A stretch of DNA of 64,000 nt, taken from the IMG/VR virus record IMGVR_UViG_3300045988_171858, one strand, 5' to 3'. Under the pieces are notes generated by a model. That model had not been told where the DNA came from. It worked only from the letters and a program-made list of their open reading frames with translations, and did no database searches. This document shows positions 21,701 to 29,677 of this stretch, piece after piece (positions within the stretch are counted from its first letter, which is position 1; every line of letters begins with the position of its first letter). A program made the translations under genes and the position numbers. The stretch comes from a virus.

Positions 21701-22443
21701 CAGAACTAGAGAAACGACTAGGTTCAACATCCGGTAGCTCAGGACAAGGTTCATCAGCAACTAATCCTGCTACAACTCCGTCACAACCTCCAGCGCCTCC
21801 AAGAGAACCGGGACCTTCCGTTTCAACAGCAATGAGTCTGGCTTCAGTGGAAGCAAACGCCAATAAAGTCGAGCTGGGCCATATTGTTATTAAAAGTCTA
21901 AACTCCTCTCCTAATAGCGGAGAGCCAGAAGGATGGCAGGGTCTAGTAAAAGAAGTTGATGGACACAAATCTATTATCAGCTCCCATACTGGAAATAGCG
22001 GATTCAGATATCTTGAAACCGAAGGATTTGCATCTAAAGCCGGAGAGGATAGAGCGTTAGTTATTCCGTTTAGACTAACTAAAGGTGGAACTGATGGTGG
22101 CGCATTTGCCATTACTCCATTGAAAGATAATGCAGTCGCAGTCCCTACATTGCTAACCACAAACGAGGATAGCGGATTCAAACTTCGCTTCTACGAAGAT
22201 GTCAAAATAAACGGCAAGAACATTGACCCAGATAAGGTATACGAATACGATAAATGGCATATCGTAACTATGTCAATCAAAGCTGGAACAGAGTTCAACA
22301 AAGTAAGATTCGGCGCTAACCAAAATGCAAATACCATTCGTCTAGTAGCAATTGGCGAAGGAATGGAATTCATTGAGGGTGATATCTCTAGAATCGGAGA
22401 AAAAGCCACAGCGTTGATGACTAAATACGGCGTACAACAATAA
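18721..22443 (+). CDS. tailspike / depolymerase-like protein (1240 aa)
   Basis: N-terminal Ala/Glu/Lys/Gln coiled coil. The central region has right-handed beta-helix-like repeats (IHDNVFG, NNVGKAMYYG, VRGNTITSG). It also has a tandem GSGYTSEPTVTITGGG / GSRYDTPPTVTITGGGG repeat, a second coiled coil and a Pro-rich linker before the C-terminal domain. Confidence 0.8.
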   Translation: MTTPNLDSVTILMAQKIAANKAEQVAIKGEIERVKTSQSESDKKADKALEAIKTAEGKIATAEESLEQVKLKAEEAKQQSSEAKEQIEAAKQSAEAAKQEVAQHKATAEDAKTKAEQAQTKAQEALDAAKEAKSSIVTPTVDITVGQEGDIKVNNKTTGVKVVTPEKVEEEVGKALGSEDSSKKILKSQVEATKSEDHIKAPLRLSLESGIYYIEDALTEDLRNKVMSRYYEPLDKKVEGKNDAREIVRLIQAWYDKVPPHSYISSRGGVFPFTKNKGYKPEYYGADNRSIKRNWDNPQTLVVHGQQPCISFYHSVGNKYDFAKAKFIVEEMGQDAFHLCGNSLDNEIIHGGTILTRAYQEFGYKKGADRDKMLFAPIDGWTKEAPNIGTGMADKGVAEAGFNTTTQRHDIAAYMNNGYEAQDIQQPEGFNKTKIMELLRNGSSLRYMSAGGYFNEQGISEFPQEDGTTSPKWGTWRGQQRGSRGYGWRLFGTKNTIVKNFDVRGMTGGAIVCGLYGTPMGESVDARDSAAAFAAGIVAENTKITGGYFTHNYICGVECIRASGFELTGIYAPDSVVGHPDANLEHTRGIGGGTSLDPGYQQCTSRYLPMDNIYIHDNVFGLGMRKIMDIHTGNNVKIINNVGKAMYYGVSTVIEELFAGKLIKPSDRNSKDIPDPHSFPYQDSNIEVRGNTITSGLFGLHPINGAKGVKVRRDAKKWWLRCHQVWADNIVYAPRGILCNFGHNHYLVENNQFTFALPYGEFYSMRQISGINITNQGSGYTSEPTVTITGGGDEAFDGQASAKIQDGKVVAIRLDRAGSRYDTPPTVTITGGGGSGATAVATVNSHTYGMLIGAETHYGDMLGCVIAKNWIQNSPEGNYARQLVVGSLRGSTLMCNYTDTTPFSSEEKSKLPFGDPYVSKTMKYRDGIGSQGFYGGALNGCEVIGNYEYDQLRQTLTPWIGKNRNGTVHSNYTPTYLQSVLNLEEIQKLTAKVTELEKRLGSTSGSSGQGSSATNPATTPSQPPAPPREPGPSVSTAMSLASVEANANKVELGHIVIKSLNSSPNSGEPEGWQGLVKEVDGHKSIISSHTGNSGFRYLETEGFASKAGEDRALVIPFRLTKGGTDGGAFAITPLKDNAVAVPTLLTTNEDSGFKLRFYEDVKINGKNIDPDKVYEYDKWHIVTMSIKAGTEFNKVRFGANQNANTIRLVAIGEGMEFIEGDISRIGEKATALMTKYGVQQ

Positions 22444-22452
22444 GGCCAGGCA

Positions 22453-22650
22453 ATGGAAAAAGATCTATTAATCCAACAAATCGAAGATTTAAAACAGCAC
22501 TGTAGAAATCTTCAGGCAAATATCCAAGAAGCCCTAGATTGGGGAAGTCAAGGAATTGCAATCGCGCTAATGGATGACCTTCAAGAAGCGGAATCCCAAA
22601 TTGGTGCTAAAAAACTTTTCCTAGAAGAGCTAGAACAAAAAGGGCAATAA
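22453..22650 (+). CDS. hypothetical small coiled-coil protein (65 aa)
   Basis: ORF 9 nt after the tailspike stop. Confidence 0.55.
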   Translation: MEKDLLIQQIEDLKQHCRNLQANIQEALDWGSQGIAIALMDDLQEAESQIGAKKLFLEELEQKGQ

Positions 22651-22653
22651 GCT

Positions 22654-23199
22654 ATGATAGAAACCATTACCATCACCGGTACTGGCGAGTCTGTCTATGA
22701 AGTTCCTGCAAAAGCAAAACGTGGAACAGTTAAGTCTAAAAACGAGTCTTATCAAGTACAAGAAGTAGACGGGAGCCTGGACACAAATTCGGGCACCGTC
22801 CTTGTATTGATAACACCAGAACTACCAGTAGGTTTCAAACTAGAATTAGAATACGAAATTCCAGATACAGAAGCCCTACAAAAAGTAGAAAGAGCAGTCT
22901 TCGGAGAACAGATAAAATCCTCTTCTCTAAAAGACATCATCGTTGTCTTAACTAATATCATAGAAAGACAAAACAACTTAGAAAAACTCTTATACGATAA
23001 AGTCGGATACTCAGAGCTAGATGCAGCAGTGCACCCAGTAAAAGAGTCTCTAAGTCTAATCGTAGAGGACATCAAGTTGCGTCAGCAAACAAAAGAACCG
23101 GCCAAAGGAAAAGGTAAAACAACCAAGACCGAAACAACCGGAACATTTGATTTATCTCCTACCGTAATGAAGAAAGTCGAAGACCTCCTAAACGGATAG
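22654..23199 (+). CDS. hypothetical protein (181 aa)
   Basis: Last ORF of the + strand block, followed by a terminator hairpin. Confidence 0.7.
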   Translation: MIETITITGTGESVYEVPAKAKRGTVKSKNESYQVQEVDGSLDTNSGTVLVLITPELPVGFKLELEYEIPDTEALQKVERAVFGEQIKSSSLKDIIVVLTNIIERQNNLEKLLYDKVGYSELDAAVHPVKESLSLIVEDIKLRQQTKEPAKGKGKTTKTETTGTFDLSPTVMKKVEDLLNG

Positions 23200-23210
23200 G
23201 CAAAACAAAA

Positions 23211-23245
23211 CCCCGGCACCAATTAAGGTGTCGGGGATATTTTTA
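23211..23245. terminator. bidirectional intrinsic terminator at the strand switch
   Basis: CCCCGGCACC-aattaa-GGTGTCGGGG forms a 10-bp stem with one G.U on the + strand. It is flanked by AAAACAAAA upstream and ATATTTTTA downstream, between convergent genes. Confidence 0.75.
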
Positions 23246-23959
23246 TTACTGATACAAAGCTTTGTTGTACGTATCCGCGGTGAAATATTTTAAAGGGTCC
23301 AATCGTCCAGTAAGGCCTTTGCCTGGATGTTGGGAAGTTCTCACCTCAAAGTGCAAATGAGAACCCTCGGCCATATTCCGCATTGTCCTAGCATTTCCAG
23401 AAGAGCCGGTAAGGGCAACAACGTCACCAGCCTTAACTCTCTGCCCCTCTTTGACAAGAATGTCTTTAAGGTGTGCATACGCAACATACAGTCCACGGTC
23501 AAGCTTAATAATAAGCATACGTCCATAACCATTGTCATCAGTAGTTTTAACAAAAGACACTACACCATCATCGACAGCATAACATCTATAGTTATTAGGC
23601 ACAGCAAGATCAACACCCTGATGTGCCCGAGTACCTCCATTACGAACCATACCAAAACCAGCAGAACGAACAGAAGCTAACTTAGCAGTTCTAAGAACAT
23701 TGAAACCATGTTTTAGGGGCTGAAATTTAAATCCGCCCGGCAATGGGTCATAATTGCTCTCAGAAGGCTTTTGAACCACAGGTAATGGTTTTGTATTAGC
23801 AGGAGTAGAAACGCTCTCTACGGCCGTTTTTGGAGCCTCTACGGGTACTTCGTCTACTTCGTCAAAAGAATCTTCTTCTAGTCTGTATGGAACTTTAACA
23901 TTGGTGGTTTTTTGGTCAGGCTGATTTAATAGCCCTCCAATAAGATTGAAAATATTCAT
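23246..23959 (-). CDS. M23 (LytM-type) peptidoglycan metallopeptidase
   Basis: HxxxD (HQGVDLAVP) and HxH (SHLHFEV) motifs in the C-terminal domain. Pro-rich N-terminal linker. Confidence 0.8.
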   Translation of the reverse strand: MNIFNLIGGLLNQPDQKTTNVKVPYRLEEDSFDEVDEVPVEAPKTAVESVSTPANTKPLPVVQKPSESNYDPLPGGFKFQPLKHGFNVLRTAKLASVRSAGFGMVRNGGTRAHQGVDLAVPNNYRCYAVDDGVVSFVKTTDDNGYGRMLIIKLDRGLYVAYAHLKDILVKEGQRVKAGDVVALTGSSGNARTMRNMAEGSHLHFEVRTSQHPGKGLTGRLDPLKYFTADTYNKALYQ

Positions 23960-23985
23960 AGGCTTTATCCTTATGTGACCTAGGG

Positions 23986-24711
23986 TTAATCCCAGGTATG
24001 AAATTTACTAATGAATTCTGCAGCAAGTGGCAAAGCCGGGTCGTACATACAGTCATCTATTTCATATGATACCACATCTGGTACATCATCGAAGCCTATG
24101 GTTTCCCGCCTCCATATAAGAGAGTCGTAAACGGGCCCTCTTCTAAGGAAATCTCTAAATTCGTACTCCAGACAATCCGGGAATTGATTGATGAAGAATG
24201 TTCCGAATTTAAATTTTGCGTCATGATTATACTTTGGCAAAGACCAGGTCATAAACTTGTTGAGGGCATTATTCCAAAGTGTCGGCCAGTTATCCTCGAG
24301 GATGGACCAATAACGGGCGTTCAATTTGAAATGTATCCTCAACTCAAGTCTAAACAGAATATCATCCCTTATCATCTGATAAGAACCTTTCCATTCTTCC
24401 CTGAATACTTTGTCAAAGACAAGGTAGGACCTCGTTAATCTTGACATTATCCGGTTCATCTTTACGGTATTCTTAAGTCCCATACTCAACTCTTCAGGAG
24501 TAAAGTCGGCAAGCTCATTAACCATAGAAGATTTAAAAACCAGCTCATCTCCAATAGGCTTATCTAGCCCCTTTTCGATTCTGGCTATCCTAGCTTTACG
24601 GCGCTTTTGTCTACGTTTCTCAAATCGACTTTGCACCCGGTAATATGCAGACCAGTCAGTAACATACGGAATTTGTCCGTCGTATTGACCTTCAAGGACT
24701 ACATTACTCAT
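23986..24711 (-). CDS. hypothetical protein (241 aa)
   Basis: ORF only. Confidence 0.7.
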   Translation of the reverse strand: MSNVVLEGQYDGQIPYVTDWSAYYRVQSRFEKRRQKRRKARIARIEKGLDKPIGDELVFKSSMVNELADFTPEELSMGLKNTVKMNRIMSRLTRSYLVFDKVFREEWKGSYQMIRDDILFRLELRIHFKLNARYWSILEDNWPTLWNNALNKFMTWSLPKYNHDAKFKFGTFFINQFPDCLEYEFRDFLRRGPVYDSLIWRRETIGFDDVPDVVSYEIDDCMYDPALPLAAEFISKFHTWD

Positions 24712-24890
24712 AACTTCATAAAGCTAGCTAATGATGCCATAGGGTTCTTGCCATAATTGCGTTGAAAGGTTTTCTCTTTACGAGTAAGCAAATCCAATGC
24801 AAAGTTGACAATTCTTTTAGCTAGAATAAGCATACTTTGGAATGCTAAGATTCCAAGAAACTTAGAGAGTGACAACATAAATAATACCAA
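24708..24890 (-). CDS. small membrane protein (about 56-60 aa)
   Basis: Hydrophobic N-terminus LFMLSLSKFLGILAFQSMLIL. 4-nt overlap with the downstream gene. The start is TTG at 24890 or ATG at 24878. Confidence 0.4.
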   Translation of the reverse strand: MVLFMLSLSKFLGILAFQSMLILAKRIVNFALDLLTRKEKTFQRNYGKNPMASLASFMKL

Positions 24891-24913
24891 GGATTGCTTT
24901 TGCTTATATCTTT

Positions 24914-25165
24914 CTATGCTAATTTTGAAAGGCGAATCCTATAACCTTCTAAATCAGTTTGGGCCGAGAGGACAGGCTCAATTCGGAACTCATAACCGCA
25001 GCATCTATCATAACCGGTTATAAAATTCATATCCGCAGCGGGGTTCCAGGCCAGCTTCAAATCCCATTCAAGAGGAGTGCCACAAATATGGCAACAACTC
25101 AAAAGCGCTTCTTCTATTGTATCGAATATAGCGCCATCTTCGGCATCCGCATAAATAGCATTCAT
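24914..25165 (-). CDS. hypothetical Cys-rich small protein (83 aa)
   Basis: CCHIC...CCG cysteines. ATGA overlap with the upstream gene. Confidence 0.6.
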   Translation of the reverse strand: MNAIYADAEDGAIFDTIEEALLSCCHICGTPLEWDLKLAWNPAADMNFITGYDRCCGYEFRIEPVLSAQTDLEGYRIRLSKLA

Positions 25166-25728
25166 GCAGACACCATAGATTCAAAAATTTCTTTAAGAGA
25201 AACCAGATAACGAGCTGAAAAGTCATTTTCCAATTCAATGACACCTTCTACTTCATCTTCGATTCCCCATTCTGATGCGTGTTCAGAAAACTTAGACTTA
25301 TTATGTTTATCTTTAACAGCGGTAATATTAATTACTTTGCCGCCATTGTTAATAACATAATCACGCTCATTGTCAAATCTAATATCAGAGATAATGACAA
25401 TATCGAAATCAGAATAGCGTTCTGAAATTCTTTTATCCAGGACTTTAACCCAGATATCTTCAGACACCATATGTCTGCCCCAGTCAGTACCAAGGCTCTG
25501 GAGAATCTCTCTTAAAGAAATTCCAAAACCGTCTATTGGGTCTTCTTTACTACCACGACGATAAATATCATCAACATCAAAAATAGGTCTAACCATATCT
25601 CTAACTGCATCAGCAAAAGCAACCTTTGCAATCTTCAGGTTAGGATATTCTTGAATAATATGGTCGGCTGAAAAGTCTTTGCCACTATGGGCCTTTCCAG
25701 CGAAGCCCAATAAAAACGGTTTCTTCAT
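25162..25728 (-). CDS. deoxynucleoside monophosphate kinase-like P-loop kinase
   Basis: N-terminal Walker A (GFAGKAHSGKDF). Size and layout match phage dNMP kinases. Confidence 0.6.
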   Translation of the reverse strand: MKKPFLLGFAGKAHSGKDFSADHIIQEYPNLKIAKVAFADAVRDMVRPIFDVDDIYRRGSKEDPIDGFGISLREILQSLGTDWGRHMVSEDIWVKVLDKRISERYSDFDIVIISDIRFDNERDYVINNGGKVINITAVKDKHNKSKFSEHASEWGIEDEVEGVIELENDFSARYLVSLKEIFESMVSA

Positions 25729-25741
25729 TATTATTATTACC

Positions 25742-26161
25742 TTATTTGGATTTAGAAAGAATTTTTTCTTCCAAATCGAAAATATCCAAAATACCTAGGC
25801 GACAATACAGTTCTGCATAAACCTGAAGATTTTGGAAATCTTCTTTAGTTACCTGCTTGCAGAATTCAGAAATGGCATCAGTAACTCTGGCATCTGCCTG
25901 TTCTAGGCGCCAAATATATGCAAAGCCTATCCTTTCGGCAACATACCGGTTATACTCTCTAATCATCTTTCGAGGGTCGTTTAGGATGTCAGGATTTGCA
26001 TAGTGAATACCATTAGATCTAATAAGGTCTCTTAATACCTCTTCTGCAGTTCGGGCCGGAATAGAATACCCCTCAGAAATTACGCGAACAGCATCTAGAT
26101 GAAATTTAGGATCATCAGAAATGGCGGCCCTTAATTCTTTTAAGAGTGTTTCTTTTGACAT
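25742..26161 (-). CDS. hypothetical protein (139 aa)
   Basis: ORF only. Confidence 0.65.
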   Translation of the reverse strand: MSKETLLKELRAAISDDPKFHLDAVRVISEGYSIPARTAEEVLRDLIRSNGIHYANPDILNDPRKMIREYNRYVAERIGFAYIWRLEQADARVTDAISEFCKQVTKEDFQNLQVYAELYCRLGILDIFDLEEKILSKSK

Positions 26162-26169
26162 TTTTAATC

Positions 26170-26379
26170 CTATTTAATAGGGTGTCCTTCTACGGCTACA
26201 ATCTTGCAGAATCCCCATGTATCATCTACTTCGATATCTACATTAATAGCGCCGAAAGCAGAACGTATTGCATCTTGTTGCTCCTCATTAAACATAAGGG
26301 CACAATGGTCCAAAGGAGGTATTTCTCCTTCTTCTTCTATTTTGTATCTGCATCTTACTAGCATGTTAATCCTTAGCAA
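26170..26379 (-). CDS. hypothetical protein (69 aa)
   Basis: ORF only. Confidence 0.5.
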   Translation of the reverse strand: MLRINMLVRCRYKIEEEGEIPPLDHCALMFNEEQQDAIRSAFGAINVDIEVDDTWGFCKIVAVEGHPIK

Positions 26380-26401
26380 TAATGTAGCCGTATAAAACTA
26401 T

Positions 26402-26764
26402 TTAACCGATAAGAGCTTGGAACATTTGAATAAGCTCAGAAGCTTTACGCTTAGATTTACGAGCGTCAAGGTGTTCCTGATGGGCTTGAAGTACACTCGC
26501 TTTAGATCGGCGAACTTCTTTTTTATTTTCTGCTTCATCAAGAATTCCAGCCAATGTAATAGCACCGATAAGCTTCAGAAACTCTTCAAACTCTTTTTGC
26601 TCATCGTCTTCACATTCAAAGGTTTCGGTTGGAATAACTTCTACAGGCTCGTCATCTTGGACTGAACGCAAATAACCCAGTCCGTCAATAGCTTTACTTC
26701 TTTCAGCAGCTCGATGTGCTGCTAGGATTTTGGCGATATCGCCAGGGGAAACGTTACGAATCAT
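26402..26764 (-). CDS. hypothetical protein (120 aa)
   Basis: ORF whose start overlaps the nrdA stop by 1 nt. Confidence 0.65.
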   Translation of the reverse strand: MIRNVSPGDIAKILAAHRAAERSKAIDGLGYLRSVQDDEPVEVIPTETFECEDDEQKEFEEFLKLIGAITLAGILDEAENKKEVRRSKASVLQAHQEHLDARKSKRKASELIQMFQALIG

Positions 26765-28206
26765 TATAGTTTACACGCTACACAATCGTCTTCATCGTCT
26801 GTGTGAGAATCATCAGGAACTTCGGTTACATTGCCTTCCATAATGTCGGAAGATTGACCATCATAATTGTTATTATAATACATGGTCTTACCTCCCAATA
26901 GATAATGGAGATAAATGTCCCAAGATACAACAGATGCGGGCACCTTGTTGTTCGGATAATTCTGTTTGTTATAATACGTATTAACAGAAATAGCTTGGTC
27001 AGTATATCTCTGAATAACAGCATAAGTTTTAATTAGCGCCTCATTAGACGTATGATCCCAAATGCGGTCATACTTATCTTTAAGCCGCGCCAATTCAGGC
27101 ACTACGAATTTAGCCTGTCTATTCTTGCCGCCCTTAGAAATAATCAATTCCCGTATTGGCTCAATACCATTGGTAGTACCAGAACCAGAAATCTTAGCAC
27201 TCGTTTCAGCAGGGAACATAGCAATCATAGAAGCATTTCTAACACCGTACTTAGCAATTCTAGCACGGAGACTAGTCCAATCTAATTTCTCTTCATAATT
27301 AAACAAAGAGTCATACATAGGAGTAGTCATATCTTTTGGAAGTTTACCTTCCGCCCATCGAGTATCAGCGTATGCATCACAAGCACCGCGCTCTTCAGCA
27401 AGGCTAACAGAAGCACTAATAACTCCATAAGAGAAATATTGCATCCATTCGTCTAACAGTTCATAGCAATTGGAATATTTCTTATCATTCTTAGCTAACC
27501 AATATGCAAGACCTGTAATACCAATACCAATAGGTCTAAACAATCTATTATGTTCCTCGGCCGCCGGGAAAGGATGCTCTTGGAAATCTAACAAATTGTC
27601 AACAGCACGCATAGTTACATAAGCTACACGAGCCAAATCTTTAGGGTCATCAAAAGCCCCAAAGTTAATACCACTCAAGTTACACAGAGCAATCAATCCG
27701 TCCTGCTTATATGTCTTACTTACAGGGTCATAAGTTCGCGTAAGTCCTTGAGTTGGAAGAACAATCTCAGCACACAAATTAGATTGTTTAATCGGATATC
27801 TGTCCGTATTGTACATAGAATGACGGTTAATATTATCCGCAAATCCTACATACACTCGACCAGTGCCGAATCTTTCTTCCACCAATAGGTCCATAAGGTG
27901 TCGGGCATTAATAGTACCAACAGCCTCGCCTTTATTCATGGCTCTGGTGTAAGCATCATAAAAATGAGAGTCAGAACAGCTAGAATAAAAAGCATCGTAA
28001 ACCTCTTTGGAGATATGCGGGGAGAACAGGCCAATATCCCTATTTTCCGCCGCGGCCTTAAGCATAAAGCCGTTTAAGAATATAGAATGGTCAGAATGTT
28101 TCATAGACTCAGAATCCTTCTTCATATTATTTTTATAAAGAAGAGTTTCTTCGATGTCTGGATGTAGACCCCACCAGTTGAATGTCAATGAGCCCTTCCT
28201 GATGCC
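26764..28206 (-). CDS. nrdA: ribonucleotide reductase class Ia large subunit, exon 2
   Basis: Begins GIRKGSLTFNWWGLHPDIEE and contains NLCAEIVLPT. Joining it to exon 1 restores SCSQG|GIRKG (compare E. coli SCSQGGVRGG). Confidence 0.9.
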   Translation of the reverse strand, partial: GIRKGSLTFNWWGLHPDIEETLLYKNNMKKDSESMKHSDHSIFLNGFMLKAAAENRDIGLFSPHISKEVYDAFYSSCSDSHFYDAYTRAMNKGEAVGTINARHLMDLLVEERFGTGRVYVGFADNINRHSMYNTDRYPIKQSNLCAEIVLPTQGLTRTYDPVSKTYKQDGLIALCNLSGINFGAFDDPKDLARVAYVTMRAVDNLLDFQEHPFPAAEEHNRLFRPIGIGITGLAYWLAKNDKKYSNCYELLDEWMQYFSYGVISASVSLAEERGACDAYADTRWAEGKLPKDMTTPMYDSLFNYEEKLDWTSLRARIAKYGVRNASMIAMFPAETSAKISGSGTTNGIEPIRELIISKGGKNRQAKFVVPELARLKDKYDRIWDHTSNEALIKTYAVIQRYTDQAISVNTYYNKQNYPNNKVPASVVSWDIYLHYLLGGKTMYYNNNYDGQSSDIMEGNVTEVPDDSHTDDEDDCVACKL

Positions 28207-28473
28207 CAAATATGTTCAGTATCGTTCGCAAATCGACACCCGGGATTATACCCAGCTCTATATCACTATAGAGTTCAGACTATATCTTCATCCGTATTAA
28301 ACGGAGCGTAACATTTCGAACGCCATAAGCTTGCGTCCTACGCCTCTCGGCTAGTCGTTGAACCTTGAATCCATAAAAGGAAACCTTGGCTGCTGATTGT
28401 CTCGTATGTTGAGAGTTCCCAGCAATTAATTACGTTTGCTATTGTATATTACTATACAAAGGGGCAGTCATTT
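28207..28473 (-). mobile_element. group I intron (family 1, 267 nt, no ORF) in nrdA
   Basis: On the - strand: 5' splice site GGU|AAAUGACUGCCC (P1 GGGU/GCCC), P AAUUGCUGGGAA, Q AAUCAGCAGCC, R GGUUCAACGACUAGCC, S GAAGAUAUAGUCUGAAC, terminal G before GGC. The exon-1 frame stops 2 codons into the intron. Confidence 0.85.
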
Positions 28474-29361
28474 ACCCTGGCTACAAGAAAGTGCACTATA
28501 CTCGATAGATTTAGCATGATAAAGAGCTCCACTGTTTACAGCAGCACCATTTCTGATTGATGCATTGCGCTCTCTTAATTTGGATGAACCAATACCAAGG
28601 CCCGCGCCCAGTGTTGCATATTTACGGGCAGCAGTTGCCGCTTCGCCAATCGAATCGATAGAATCATCAGTTTCAATCAGGACACATGAACTAAAACTAC
28701 GAGTAGGTTTCCTCAAATTTGCAATATGAGGAGTGGGAACATTTACCCGGCCAAGAGACATATTGTCATAATGCTCTTTAACAAAGCTTAGACGATCTGT
28801 ATAAGCATCGCCTTTATCGTTGATAAAGTACATCATAGCTGCAACCATATACGAAACTTGTGGAGTCTCGTAATATTCTTTGGTTTTAGCATTCTTGGCT
28901 AAGTATTTAGCTTCCCATTCAACCGCGCCGGAGATAGAATACATCATATCCCTATTGTGGTCTATTTGTTTATTCAGCCATTCAATTTCTTCTTCAGAAT
29001 ACTTCTCAAGAATAATCTTGTCATAAACACCAAGCTCTGTATTGTGTTTAATAATTTCATGTAAATGTTTAGGCTCAAAATCACCATAAACATATTTGCG
29101 CATATTACAAAGCAAGATGCGGCCGGCAACAATAGCATAATCAGGATGCTCTTCATCAATCAAATTGTTAGCACTGGTTAACAATGCCCCATTGATTTCT
29201 TCGGTAGTGATCCCATCGTAAAACATAATGTTGCTATTGACAGCAATTTCAGAAACAGAAACGTTGTCTAATCCTGCACATACAAAACCAAGAAAGGAAT
29301 TGATACGTTCAGGGTTATAAGGGACAACGTCACCGTTACGTTTGGTAACGTTGAATCCCAT
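28474..29361 (-). CDS. nrdA: ribonucleotide reductase class Ia large subunit, exon 1
   Basis: N-terminal ATP-cone-like region (VTKRNGDVVPYNPERI) and an RNR body ending ...YSALSCSQG. Confidence 0.9.
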
Positions 29362-29362
29362 A

Positions 29363-29677
29363 TTAAGCCTCTTCCAAGTTCAGTGCCTTAACAAGCTCTA
29401 CAACTTTAGCACGGAGGTCTTTAAATTCTACATGCTCATAAGAGCCTGTATCATCACGATCAATGAAGATTTGAGGAACAGAACGAGGTTCAGGTTTTCC
29501 CATTTCTTCGAATCGTTTTTTCAGTTCTTCCATTTCTGTTTTACCGGCATCAACATAAGTCTTTTCAAAATAGAATCGCTTATGCTTGTCGATATATTTG
29601 GTACCCAGGCCCTCCAGAATGGCAGTAGCCTGAACACATTGCGGGCAATTGGATTTGGAATAAATCAAAACCTTCAT
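29363..29677 (-). CDS. glutaredoxin/NrdH-like redoxin
   Basis: CPQC active site at aa 11-14 and a VPQIFI motif. Lies between nrdB and nrdA. Confidence 0.8.
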   Translation of the reverse strand: MKVLIYSKSNCPQCVQATAILEGLGTKYIDKHKRFYFEKTYVDAGKTEMEELKKRFEEMGKPEPRSVPQIFIDRDDTGSYEHVEFKDLRAKVVELVKALNLEEA

